IMG/VR virus record: IMGVR_UViG_2866816733_000004 | Span: 1-64,000 of that record | Source: a virus | Taxonomy: Duplodnaviria; Caudoviricetes | DNA length: 64,000 nucleotides | Strand: one strand, 5' to 3' | In this document: positions 37,449-46,652 of the stretch, piece by piece | Numbering within the stretch: the first letter of the stretch is position 1 | Layout of the letters: the number at the start of each line of letters is the position of its first letter | Program-made: the position numbers and the translations under genes | Notes under the pieces: model-generated | Told to the model about the DNA's origin: nothing | The model's input: the letters and a program-made list of their open reading frames with translations, nothing else | Database searches by the model: none

Positions 37449-37904
37449 ATGGCTGGACGCGGCCCCGCCCCCAAGCCCGCTGATCGCCGGGCACGCGCCA
37501 ACAAGGACACCGTCGGGCAGACGGTGCTGCGGTTCGAGCGCGCCGCACAGCCCGAGCTTCCCGACGACGTGGACTGGCATGACCGGACCCGGGACTGGTG
37601 GGCGATGTGGGGCCGGTCGGCGCAAGCCGAGACGTTCACCGCGACCGACTGGTCGTTTCTGCTGGACACGGCACTGATGCATCACGCGATGTGGAGCAAG
37701 GGGCAGTGGACCCTCGCTGCTGAGGTCCGGCTGCGGGTCGCGAAGTACGGGGCGACCCCTGAGGATCGCGCGAGGCTGAGGATGGTCTTCGCGGACGCGG
37801 ATGAGAAGGACGAGAAGCGTGCTGCGAAGGCGGGCGCGTCGGCGCGGGAGCGGTACGGGAAGCTGCGGGTGCTGCCGGCCGGTAAGGCGTCCGGGGGCGA
37901 GTAG
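37449..37904 (+). CDS. terS: Terminase small subunit
   Basis: MAGRGPAPKP, WH..T..WW, AEVRLR.AKYGATPEDRARLR. Confidence 0.88.
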   Translation: MAGRGPAPKPADRRARANKDTVGQTVLRFERAAQPELPDDVDWHDRTRDWWAMWGRSAQAETFTATDWSFLLDTALMHHAMWSKGQWTLAAEVRLRVAKYGATPEDRARLRMVFADADEKDEKRAAKAGASARERYGKLRVLPAGKASGGE

Positions 37905-39577
37905 TGCCCTGGCGCGGCCCGGAGTACCCGGGGGAGCTCCCGACGCTCGGCTACTACGCGCTGGACTGGTTCGCGGAGATGCTGATCGTCCCGGATGGTC
38001 CGGCGGCGGGGCAGCCGCTGGTGTTCACGCCGGAGCAGGCGCAGTTCGTTCTGGATTTCTACGCGGTGGATCCGCGGTTCGAGGGACCCGCGATCCGCGG
38101 CAGGGCGCTGGTGAACGCGCGGCGGATCCGGCGGGCGGTGTTGTGCCGGCCGAAGGGGCACGGGAAGTCGCCGCTGCTGGGTGCGCTGTGTCTGCTGGAG
38201 ACGCTCGGCGAGGTGGTGCTGGACGGCTGGGACGCCGATGGGGAGCCGGTGGCGCGGCCGTGGACGTCGCTGGGCTTCAAGGCCAAAGCACAGATCGTCG
38301 CTGTCAGCGAGGACCAGACGACGAATACGTGGGATCCGCTGCTGGAGATGGCCCGGAATGGGCCGGTGTACGACGAGTACGACATCGAGCCGATGGAGAC
38401 GTTTGTGAACGTCCCGCGCGGCCGGATCGAGTACACGACGTCGTCGGCGGTGTCGCGTGAGGGGTTCCGGCCGGTGTTCGCGGCGATGGACCAAACCGAG
38501 TCGTGGGTGAAGTCGAACGGCGGGCTGAACTTGGCGGCGTCGATCCGCCGGAACCTGGCGAAGGTGAACGGGTCGTCGGTGGAGACCCCGAACGCGTGGG
38601 TGCCTGGTCTGGACAGCGTCGCGGAGAAGTCGCATCAGGCGTGGCAGCAGCAGGTCGAAGGCCGCCTGAAGGGCGACGACGGGATCCTGTTCGACCACCG
38701 CGAGGCGCCACCGGACACCAACCCGGCCGACCGGGACTCGCTGATGGCGGGCCTGCGGGTCGCCTACGGCGATTCCGGGGACCTCAACGGCGGGCACGTG
38801 AACCTTGAGCGGATCTTGCAGGACTACTGGGATCCGGCGACGGACCCCGGTGAGGCCCGCCGGTTCTACCTGAATCAGATCGCGCCGGCGACGGACGCAT
38901 GGTCGACGCCACAGGAGTGGGCGGCGTGCGCCGACCCGACTGTGGTGGTCCCAGACAGCGCCGAGATCGTGCTGTTCTTCGACGGGTCCAAGTCCTCCGA
39001 CGCCACGGCGCTGATCGGATGCGACATGGAGACAGGGCATGTCTTCGACGCGGGCGTGTGGGAACCCGACCCCGGCGACCTGGACGACCAGGTGCCGGTG
39101 CATGAGGTCGACGCTGCGGTCGCGCGGGCGTTCGAACGGTGGCAGCCGGTGGCGTTCTTCGGCGACGTGCGGGAGTGGGAGTCGTTCGTCCACACGCTGT
39201 GGCCGGAACGGTACGGCGACCGGCTGCTGGTGATGGCGAACCCGCGGGGTCGGAACGCGGGGCCGGTCGCGTGGGACATGCGGTCGCGGACGCGGGACTT
39301 CACGCTCGCCGCGGAGACGTGCCACACCGAGATCGAGCAGCGGCAGTTCACTCATGACGGGTCGTCGCCGGTGGCGAGGCATGTGGCGAATGCGCGGCGG
39401 CGCCCGAATCGGTACGGCGTGTCGGTCGGGAAGGAGTCGCCGCGCTCGCCGTTGAAGATCGACGCGGCGGTGTGCGTGATCGGCGCGCGGATGGTCCGCC
39501 GGATCGTGCTGACCTCCCCTGAGTGGGCGAAGCGGACGAAGAAGAAAACCCGGACCGGCCGCGTCTACGGGTTCTAG
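37904..39577 (+). CDS. terL: Terminase large subunit
   Basis: Walker A RPKGHGKS, AVSEDQT.NT, FFDGSKSSDATAL, KIDAAV. Confidence 0.93.
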   Translation: MPWRGPEYPGELPTLGYYALDWFAEMLIVPDGPAAGQPLVFTPEQAQFVLDFYAVDPRFEGPAIRGRALVNARRIRRAVLCRPKGHGKSPLLGALCLLETLGEVVLDGWDADGEPVARPWTSLGFKAKAQIVAVSEDQTTNTWDPLLEMARNGPVYDEYDIEPMETFVNVPRGRIEYTTSSAVSREGFRPVFAAMDQTESWVKSNGGLNLAASIRRNLAKVNGSSVETPNAWVPGLDSVAEKSHQAWQQQVEGRLKGDDGILFDHREAPPDTNPADRDSLMAGLRVAYGDSGDLNGGHVNLERILQDYWDPATDPGEARRFYLNQIAPATDAWSTPQEWAACADPTVVVPDSAEIVLFFDGSKSSDATALIGCDMETGHVFDAGVWEPDPGDLDDQVPVHEVDAAVARAFERWQPVAFFGDVREWESFVHTLWPERYGDRLLVMANPRGRNAGPVAWDMRSRTRDFTLAAETCHTEIEQRQFTHDGSSPVARHVANARRRPNRYGVSVGKESPRSPLKIDAAVCVIGARMVRRIVLTSPEWAKRTKKKTRTGRVYGF

Positions 39578-39601
39578 CGACCCATCCTGCGAGGGGGTGC
39601 T

Positions 39602-42337
39602 GTGGCGCTCTCCGACGTGGAAGCACCGGATACGGCGAAGAGTCTGCTGGCGTTGCGGGAGGACGAGCAGCGCCGCCTGTCGAAGATTACCGCGTACATG
39701 GGTGGCAGGCAGGACAGCGTGTACGTGCCGCGCGGCGCCCGGCAGGAGTACCGGTGGCTGATCAAACGCGCGAAGGTCAACATTCTGCCGCTTGTGGTGA
39801 CGGTGGTCGCCCAATCGCTGTTCGTGGACGGGTACCGGCCAGAGCGCACTGATAAGAACGCGAGGGCTTGGGAGTACTGGCAGGCCAACCGGATGGACGG
39901 TCGGCAGCACGGCTTGCATCGGGCGACGTTGAAGTACGGGGTGGCGTACACGCTGGTGCTTCCGGGGCAGCTCGCGGAGCAGCCGATGCCGGTGATCACG
40001 CCGAAGTCGCCGCGGCGGTTGACGGCGTTCTACGCCGACCCTGTCGAGGATGAGTGGCCGCTTTACGCGGTCGAGGTGAAGGTCGAGAACCAGTCGAACG
40101 GTAAGAAGCGGCAGGTCGTGTACCTGTATGACGAGAAGTCGCGGTTCACGCTCGTCGGTGATGGGAGGCCCGGCACGCCATTGGTTCTGGCCAGCGAGGA
40201 CGCGGTCGCCGAGCACGGCCTTGGCGTGTGCCCGGTGGTGCGGTACCTGAACGGCGACGACCTGGACGGCGACGAATGTGTCACCGGTGAGGTCGAACCG
40301 CTGTTCGACATGCAGGACCAGCTGAACTCGACGACGTTCGGCCGGATGATGGCCGAGCAGTTCGCGGCGTTCCGGCAGCGTTACGTGTCGGGGATGGTCG
40401 CTGAGGACGAGGAAGGCCGACCGCGGGCCCCCTTCCAGTCGGCAGTGGACCGGCTGTGGGTGGCTGAAGACGCCGATACCAAGTTCGGGGAGTTCGATCA
40501 AACCGAGCTCGGCGGATACCTGAAGAGCGCTGAGGAGACGATCCGGCACATCGCGACGGTGTCACAGACCCCACCCCACAACCTCCTCGGGCAGATGGCC
40601 AATTTGCCTCTGGCGCTCGACACGCCTGTTTTGTCACCCCACGGCCGTAGGGTGATGGGTGTGTTGAAGCCGGGTGATGAGGTATTTGCTCCTGACGGAA
40701 GCGTGGTCAGAGTCAAGGCTGTGTCGCCGGTGTTCCACGACCACGAGTGCTATCGAATGCGGTTCGACGATGGTACTGAGGTGGTCGCTGACGCTCAGCA
40801 CCGCTGGACGACGACGCACTTTGTGAACCCGGCCAATCCGTATGGCCCGGCAAGGCATCTCACGTGCCCGGAATGCGGTTGGGTTCCGCGAGCCCGGAAG
40901 GCGCCAGCGCGTGGAGTCGCGCTCCACAGGTCCCGCTCGCACGGAATCTCCGCAGTGGCGGCGCCCAAGGGGGGTGCTCGCGAGACGTCGGTTGTGACGA
41001 CCGCCCAGATCGCTGCCAGCCTGCGCACGTCGATGGGGACGTACAACCACTTCATTCCGGTTGCCAAGCCATGGGACGGGCCTGAGCGGGACTACAGCAT
41101 CGACCCGTATGCGCTGGGGGTCTTCCTTGGTGATGGCGACCATATCCACGGCGCGATCACCAGCCACAAAGATGACGCGGAGGAGATGGCCGCTCACCTA
41201 CGTGCCTGCGGCGAGTTCGTTGATGTCTGTCCCTATGCTGACGGCAGCGATAGGCGCTACATCCGGATCCGTAATGACCGGGAGCGTTGCCCCTACGGTC
41301 ACGAACGTCCCCGCGGAACGCGTTCGGACACTGCGCGGTGCCACGAGTGCCGACGCATACGTGACCGTGGCGACTCAGAGACTCGGATCAGGGTCAACTC
41401 GACATTCAGATGGCGCTTCATGGCCCTGGACCTTCGACGGAACAAGCACATCCCGGAGGAGTACTTCCGTGGCTCCTTGAAGCAGCGCCTCGCCCTGCTC
41501 CAAGGGCTGATGGACACCGACGGGACTGTGAACCGCGGGCAAGGGTCGGTTGCAATCACCTTGCACGACGAGCGGCTGGCGCGCGACCTCTACCGGCTAG
41601 TCTGCTCTTTGGGGCACAAGGTAGTCCTCCGCGAACGCCCGTGGACGTCGAAGCAACTCGTTAAGTCGGGTATCTGCTGGCGTATGACATGGGCAGCACC
41701 TGACATAGTCTTCCGCCTGGCGCGGAAGGTGGCGTTGCAGCGTACCGACTTCGGTGATGGTGACGGTGACGGGAAATCCAACAGCCCGTTCCGGCGCTAC
41801 GTTGTCGCTTGCGACCTCATACCTTCGGTCCCAGTCCGCTGTATCACCGTGGACTCTGACGATCACCAGTTCTGTGTAACTGATTCCTTTGTCCCGACCT
41901 GCAACTCAGCTGAAGCTTTGAACGCCGCGCGTGACGGGTTGAACTCTAAGGTCGCCGAGCGGAAGAGCACGACGGGGGAGTCGCATGAGCAGACGCTTAG
42001 GCTCGCGTCGCTAGCTGCTGGGGACCAGGCGGGCTGGAGGGACACCGCAGCGCAGGTCGTGTGGCGCGACACTGAGTCCCGAAGCCTGGCGCAGACGGTT
42101 GATGCGCTCGGGAAGCTCGTGCAGATGCTGGGTGTACCTCCCGAGGTGCTCTGGGAGCGGATCCCGAACGTCACCCAGCAGGACGTGGAGCGGTGGAAGG
42201 CCGCGGCAGAGAAGGGTGACGCGATCGGCCAGCTCAACAAGATCGTCGCGAAGCAGACCGGTCGGGTCGCTGAGCTGACCGCAGCCGCGACAAGCCCCGC
42301 GCCGGTGGCGGCGGCGAACGGTGCCGTCCCAGGCTGA
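39602..42337 (+). CDS. Portal protein (SPP1 Gp6-like) interrupted by an intein
   Basis: WQANRMD, GVCPVVRY, GEVEPL..QD, AFRQR, NL|SAEAL, WRDTE.RSLAQ.VDALGK. Confidence 0.93.
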   Translation: MALSDVEAPDTAKSLLALREDEQRRLSKITAYMGGRQDSVYVPRGARQEYRWLIKRAKVNILPLVVTVVAQSLFVDGYRPERTDKNARAWEYWQANRMDGRQHGLHRATLKYGVAYTLVLPGQLAEQPMPVITPKSPRRLTAFYADPVEDEWPLYAVEVKVENQSNGKKRQVVYLYDEKSRFTLVGDGRPGTPLVLASEDAVAEHGLGVCPVVRYLNGDDLDGDECVTGEVEPLFDMQDQLNSTTFGRMMAEQFAAFRQRYVSGMVAEDEEGRPRAPFQSAVDRLWVAEDADTKFGEFDQTELGGYLKSAEETIRHIATVSQTPPHNLLGQMANLPLALDTPVLSPHGRRVMGVLKPGDEVFAPDGSVVRVKAVSPVFHDHECYRMRFDDGTEVVADAQHRWTTTHFVNPANPYGPARHLTCPECGWVPRARKAPARGVALHRSRSHGISAVAAPKGGARETSVVTTAQIAASLRTSMGTYNHFIPVAKPWDGPERDYSIDPYALGVFLGDGDHIHGAITSHKDDAEEMAAHLRACGEFVDVCPYADGSDRRYIRIRNDRERCPYGHERPRGTRSDTARCHECRRIRDRGDSETRIRVNSTFRWRFMALDLRRNKHIPEEYFRGSLKQRLALLQGLMDTDGTVNRGQGSVAITLHDERLARDLYRLVCSLGHKVVLRERPWTSKQLVKSGICWRMTWAAPDIVFRLARKVALQRTDFGDGDGDGKSNSPFRRYVVACDLIPSVPVRCITVDSDDHQFCVTDSFVPTCNSAEALNAARDGLNSKVAERKSTTGESHEQTLRLASLAAGDQAGWRDTAAQVVWRDTESRSLAQTVDALGKLVQMLGVPPEVLWERIPNVTQQDVERWKAAAEKGDAIGQLNKIVAKQTGRVAELTAAATSPAPVAAANGAVPG
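40607..41905 (+). mobile_element. Class 3 intein (433 aa) with LAGLIDADG endonuclease
   Basis: Starts PLALDTPV; block B ADAQHRW; YALGVFLGDG and LLQGLMDTDG; block F VRCITVD; ends VPTCN|S. Confidence 0.9.
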
Positions 42338-43370
42338 GCAGGCGGCGCTCACCGCCGCCTATGTCGCCGAGCAGAGGCTGCTGGCGGCGTCGCTGTCCCG
42401 TGACCTGGTGCTGCTTGTACGGCAGATCTTCAGCGTCGCTGATCCGGGGCAGTCGTGGCCGACGACGAAGCTGGCACTCGACACGCTTATACGGGAGCGG
42501 CGCCGCCAGTCAGCGAACCTGGCAGCGCGCTACTACGTCGACCTGCGGCAGCTGGCTGTCCCGCAGTCACCGCTGAGGCGCGAGGCGGCGATCTACGAGG
42601 CGCGCAGGCGCCAGTTCCGACCAGAGGTGCGCGTGGATCCCGGAACGGGACTCGTACACACCCGGCTCGCGTCCGCCGCCGAAGTCTCGGAGGCGACTCG
42701 GACCATTGAGGCTCCTCTGCCTGAACAGCCTCGCCCAGAGGGTGCGCCTGCCGAACTGGACGGTTTCGCGGACATCAGCGAGGAAGACGCGTGGGCGGAA
42801 CTGGAGAAAATCGCACCGATCACGCTTGAGGACATCGAAGAGCTCGACGAGGATCGGGTCGACGCGAACCTCAACGCCACGGGGGTCGCCTCCTACAAGA
42901 AGGCGATCCGGGCGGGGCAGCCCCCGGAGAGGGCCCGCGACACCATGGCGGTCAACCTGGCGGGGTCGGCGGCCACGCTGGCCCTTGAGGGCGGACGCGA
43001 AACCATCCGCAGCGCCGTCCTGGGCGACGACGAAGCCATCGGCTGGGCGCGTGTTACCGACGCCGACCCGTGTGCTTTCTGCGCGATGCTCGCTTCCCGC
43101 GGCGCCGTCTACCGGTCCAGGCAGACCGCGGGCGGGGCGAAGAACAAGCAGTTCGAGGGCGAAGGAATGTTCAAGTTCCACAATCATGACGGCTGCTCCG
43201 CGGTCCCGGTCTTTGACGCCGATGATCCCGTCCTCGAGGAAGCCGAACGGCTGTACGACAAGTGGCTTGAGGTCACCCGCGCAGCTCCAGGCGAGAAGAT
43301 GATCGACGCGTGGACGAAGTACTGGGATAACCGTGAAGACAAACCCAGACCCGAAACAGCCACCGGGTGA
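42321..43370 (+). CDS. Minor capsid/head morphogenesis protein (VG15/MuF-like)
   Basis: GWARVTDADPCAFCAMLASRGAVY...FH.H..C..VPV. Confidence 0.8.
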   Translation: MPSQAEQAALTAAYVAEQRLLAASLSRDLVLLVRQIFSVADPGQSWPTTKLALDTLIRERRRQSANLAARYYVDLRQLAVPQSPLRREAAIYEARRRQFRPEVRVDPGTGLVHTRLASAAEVSEATRTIEAPLPEQPRPEGAPAELDGFADISEEDAWAELEKIAPITLEDIEELDEDRVDANLNATGVASYKKAIRAGQPPERARDTMAVNLAGSAATLALEGGRETIRSAVLGDDEAIGWARVTDADPCAFCAMLASRGAVYRSRQTAGGAKNKQFEGEGMFKFHNHDGCSAVPVFDADDPVLEEAERLYDKWLEVTRAAPGEKMIDAWTKYWDNREDKPRPETATG

Positions 43371-43788
43371 ACGGATCCTGGTGTGCGGGCCGCCCGCGGC
43401 CGGGAAATCGACCTGGGTGCGCAGCCAGGCGCGTCCCGGTGACCAGGTCATCGACTTCGACGCGTTGTGTCGTACCCTCGGGTCCCGGTCGCATCACGAT
43501 CACCCGCCGCACGTCCGTGCGCTCGCCAAGTCAATGCGCCGCAGCCTCGAAGAGCAGGCCACAACGCATCCCGGCCGCACGTTCGTGATCCGATCCCTCG
43601 CAGACCCTTCCGACCGCGCCGCCGTCGCTGAACGGCTCGGCGCCCGTGTGGTCATGTTCGCTGTCCCCGCTGCGGAGGCGCTTGAGCGCGCCCGCGGCGA
43701 CAACCGGCCTGAGTGGACCGATCAGGCGATCCGTTCCTGGTGGGACCGGTACCGGCCGTCTCCGGCCGACGAATCACCCGAGACCTGA
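43333..43788 (+). CDS. P-loop NTPase/kinase (AAA_33-like)
   Basis: LVCGPPAAGKSTWV...GD.VIDFDAL. Confidence 0.8.
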   Translation: MKTNPDPKQPPGERILVCGPPAAGKSTWVRSQARPGDQVIDFDALCRTLGSRSHHDHPPHVRALAKSMRRSLEEQATTHPGRTFVIRSLADPSDRAAVAERLGARVVMFAVPAAEALERARGDNRPEWTDQAIRSWWDRYRPSPADESPET

Positions 43789-43810
43789 CGCGGCATCGCC
43801 TGCGTCTGGA

Positions 43811-43910
43811 GCCGTCCCGACGTGGGCGGTTTTTCATGCCCGGACGCCGACATGGCGCCGGGCCCGCAACACCACGCGGCCCCGGCATGGGGTCGGTCCC
43901 GACATGGGAG
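43811..43910 (+). promoter_or_regulatory. Four-hairpin leader array with CCGRCRTGG apices; first hairpin is terminator-like
   Basis: Motifs at 43817, 43847, 43882, 43899, each in a stem; hairpin 1 followed by TTTTT; hairpin 4 contains SD GGGAG. Confidence 0.7.
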
Positions 43911-43915
43911 ACGCA

Positions 43916-44536
43916 TTGTCCGAGAACGCCCCCGAGCCTGTCGCGCCCGCTGAACCGGCGCAGCCGGCAGAGCCCGCCACCGAGCCCGCGCCAGCACAAC
44001 CCGGCGAGGTCGAGCAGCCGTCCACCGACCCCGGCAAGGGCGAGGAGAAGGACTGGGAGGCCGAGGCCGCCAAGTGGAAGAGCATGGCCCGCAAGCACGA
44101 AACCGAGGCCAAGAAGAACGCCACCGCGGCGCAGAAATACGCCGAGTGGGAGGACACCCAGAAGTCCGAGCAGCAGCGGCTTGCCGACAGGGTCGCCGCC
44201 GCTGAGGCCGAACGGGACGACGCTCGCCGCAGCCACGCCCAGCTCATGGCCGCGGCAACGCACAACGTCCCTCCGTCGCTCATCGACCGGATCGGCGGAT
44301 CGACTGCCGACGAGATCAACGAGTCGGCGGAGGCGCTGGCCGCTGAGATCACCCGCCTGGTGCAGGAACGCGCGTCTGGGATCGCTCCAGCGCCTGCACC
44401 GGCGCCGGAGCCCAAGTCGGCTCCGGCCGCGACGCGGCCAGTGGAATCGCTAACACCCGGTGCGCGACCGGCAAACGAGGCACCTGCTGACCCCAACGAG
44501 GCGTTCCGCAGCTTCTTGACGAGCCGCCGCACCTGA
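43916..44536 (+). CDS. Head scaffolding protein (TTG start; alternative ATG 43904)
   Basis: Acidic Pro-rich N-terminus, KWK.MARKHE coiled coil, RPVESL.PG; between minor and major capsid. Confidence 0.85.
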   Translation: MSENAPEPVAPAEPAQPAEPATEPAPAQPGEVEQPSTDPGKGEEKDWEAEAAKWKSMARKHETEAKKNATAAQKYAEWEDTQKSEQQRLADRVAAAEAERDDARRSHAQLMAAATHNVPPSLIDRIGGSTADEINESAEALAAEITRLVQERASGIAPAPAPAPEPKSAPAATRPVESLTPGARPANEAPADPNEAFRSFLTSRRT

Positions 44537-44613
44537 TCACTGACCGCAGCTACCGGATCCTGCATGCCACGGGGCCCGGGGCCGCTGCATACCTGAAAGT
44601 GAGGTAACGCCCC

Positions 44614-45576
44614 GTGGCCTACAACGACATCATCAGCCGGGACGCGTCCAACGACCCGCTGATCCCGACCCCGGTCTCCGCGCAGATCCTGCAGGAGATG
44701 CCGACCGAGTCGTTCATCCTGCAGCGGGCCGGCCAGGTCCGCATGTCCACAAAGTCTCAGCGGCAGCCGGTCCTGGACGTGCTTCCTCGCGCCTACTGGG
44801 TGTCGGGCGACACCGGCCTGAAGCAGACCAGCGCGGTCGACTGGAAGAACGTGACCCTGGTCGCCGAAGAACTCGCGGTGATCGTCCCGATCCCCGAGGC
44901 ATATCTCGACGACGCGCAGGTCCCAATCTGGGATGAGGTCCGACCCCGGATCGTGGAAGCGCTCGGCAAGGCGATCGACTCGGCCTGCCTGTTCGGAGTC
45001 GACAAGCCCTCCTCATGGCCGGCCGACATCTACTCCTCCGTGGTCGCGGCCGGTAACACGGTCCGGATCGGCACGGGAGAGGACTTCGGCGTCGACGTCG
45101 CAAACCTCGGCGAGAAGATCGCCAAGGACGGCTTCGCCGTCAACGGGTTCGCATCACGGCCTGGCCTGAAGTGGAAGCTGGTGGGGCTCCGTTCCACGGA
45201 CGGGATCCCAATCTACCAGCCGGACCTGCAGAACGGCGGCGGCGGAAACCTATACGGATACGGCCTGTCGGAAGTCATCAACGGATCCTGGGACTCCGAC
45301 GAGGCCGAACTGATCGCTGGCGACTGGTCCAAGTGCGTGATCGGCATGCGGCAGGACATGAGCTGGAAGACCTTCACCGAGGGCGTCATCTCTGACGCCG
45401 ACGGCAAGGTCATCCTGAACCTCATGCAGCAGGACTCGATGGCGCTGCGAGTCGTCATGCGGCTGGGATACGCGACGTCCAACCCTGTGACGGCGCTGAA
45501 CACCGACGCCAACACTCGCTTCCCGTTCGGCGCGGTCCAGGCGGCCACCGCCGACAACGTCGCCGGCTCGGCCTGA
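44614..45576 (+). CDS. Major capsid protein (HK97 fold)
   Basis: LIP.PVS.QI, PVL..LP.AYWV.GDTGLKQT, EELAVIVPIPE, NLMQQD..ALRV..R. Confidence 0.93.
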   Translation: MAYNDIISRDASNDPLIPTPVSAQILQEMPTESFILQRAGQVRMSTKSQRQPVLDVLPRAYWVSGDTGLKQTSAVDWKNVTLVAEELAVIVPIPEAYLDDAQVPIWDEVRPRIVEALGKAIDSACLFGVDKPSSWPADIYSSVVAAGNTVRIGTGEDFGVDVANLGEKIAKDGFAVNGFASRPGLKWKLVGLRSTDGIPIYQPDLQNGGGGNLYGYGLSEVINGSWDSDEAELIAGDWSKCVIGMRQDMSWKTFTEGVISDADGKVILNLMQQDSMALRVVMRLGYATSNPVTALNTDANTRFPFGAVQAATADNVAGSA

Positions 45577-45656
45577 CCCGACCGTCTTACGATGCCCGCT
45601 GGGCGGCATGATCCTTCGCGGCCTCTCGCCGCCCAGCTGGCAGCGGGGAGGACAAC

Positions 45657-46652
45657 ATGCGGGTCATGGCGATGATCCCCGACTACCCGCCCCGCGGGGT
45701 CGGGTCATGGGTCATGACACACAACCTGCTGAGGGCACTGGTGGAGCGCGGCCACCAGGCCGACGTGGTTCTGTCGGCGGCCGATGGCGACCCCTACGAG
45801 CTCGACGGAGTGCGGGTCTGGCCGCTGGTGGACAAGTCGGACCCGTTCCGATTCATTGACGACGCCCATGTCATCGTCGCGCACGTTGAGAGCGCAAGCC
45901 GGGCGCTGATGCTAGGAGAGATCCGCGGTGTGCCGGTCGCGCAGATCGCGCACAACGCCAACGCGTTCACTGAGGCGGCGCTGCGGAAACGCCCGGCCAG
46001 CCTCACGGTGTTCAACTCTGTGCAGGTGTCGGAGAAGCTGGCGGGGCTGTGCTGCCGATCCATCATTGTGCGGCCACCCGTCCGCGCCGAGGACTACGAA
46101 ACCGTCCCCGGCGGTGCCGTCACACTGATCAATCTCAGTGAAGACAAGGGCGCCGAGACGTTCTACCAGCTCGCCGAACGCCTCCCTAAGACGGCGTTCT
46201 TGGGTGTCCGGGGAGGCTACGGCGTTCAGGTGCTCCCGCGCGGACCTGAGGACCTCCCGAACGTGGAGATCCTCGGACACGTCCGGCCGGACCAGATGCG
46301 GGACCGGGTGTACGCCCGCACCCGGGTCCTGCTGATGCCGTCGGCTCACGAATCGTGGGGCCGCACCGGTGTGGAAGCGATGACCAGCGGCATTCCCGTG
46401 CTCGCGCATCCAGCTCCGGGACTGCGCGAGTCGCTCGGCGCCGCTGGCACATTCGTCGACCGCGACGACCTTGACGGTTGGGAGCGGTCGTTGCGGCTTC
46501 TGCTGGACGGGCGCCGCTGGCGTGCGGCGTCCCGGCGGGCGAAGGCGCGGGCAGTGGAACTCGACCCCACGGCGGACCTGGACCGGTGGTGCACCGAGAT
46601 CGAAGCCCTCGGCCGGAGGAGGCTGCGTGTCCGCTCTCGCGTCGCAGGCTGA
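45657..46652 (+). CDS. Glycosyltransferase family 4 (GT-B)
   Basis: YPP...GS, VTLINL..DKG, VYARTRVLLMPS..ESWGR.GVEAM.SGIPV (E-X7-E). Confidence 0.9.
   Translation: MRVMAMIPDYPPRGVGSWVMTHNLLRALVERGHQADVVLSAADGDPYELDGVRVWPLVDKSDPFRFIDDAHVIVAHVESASRALMLGEIRGVPVAQIAHNANAFTEAALRKRPASLTVFNSVQVSEKLAGLCCRSIIVRPPVRAEDYETVPGGAVTLINLSEDKGAETFYQLAERLPKTAFLGVRGGYGVQVLPRGPEDLPNVEILGHVRPDQMRDRVYARTRVLLMPSAHESWGRTGVEAMTSGIPVLAHPAPGLRESLGAAGTFVDRDDLDGWERSLRLLLDGRRWRAASRRAKARAVELDPTADLDRWCTEIEALGRRRLRVRSRVAG

Noticed and set aside
38480-38510. TerL Walker B reads MDQTE rather than DE
   Set aside because: Probably a natural actinophage variant; the other ATPase and nuclease motifs are intact, so not called a pseudogene
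37682-40549. Long antisense and alternate-frame ORFs (e.g. 955 aa here, 850 aa at 51716, 562 aa at 53256)
   Set aside because: Arg/Pro/His-rich shadows of high-GC genes with no motifs; they fully overlap well-supported CDSs
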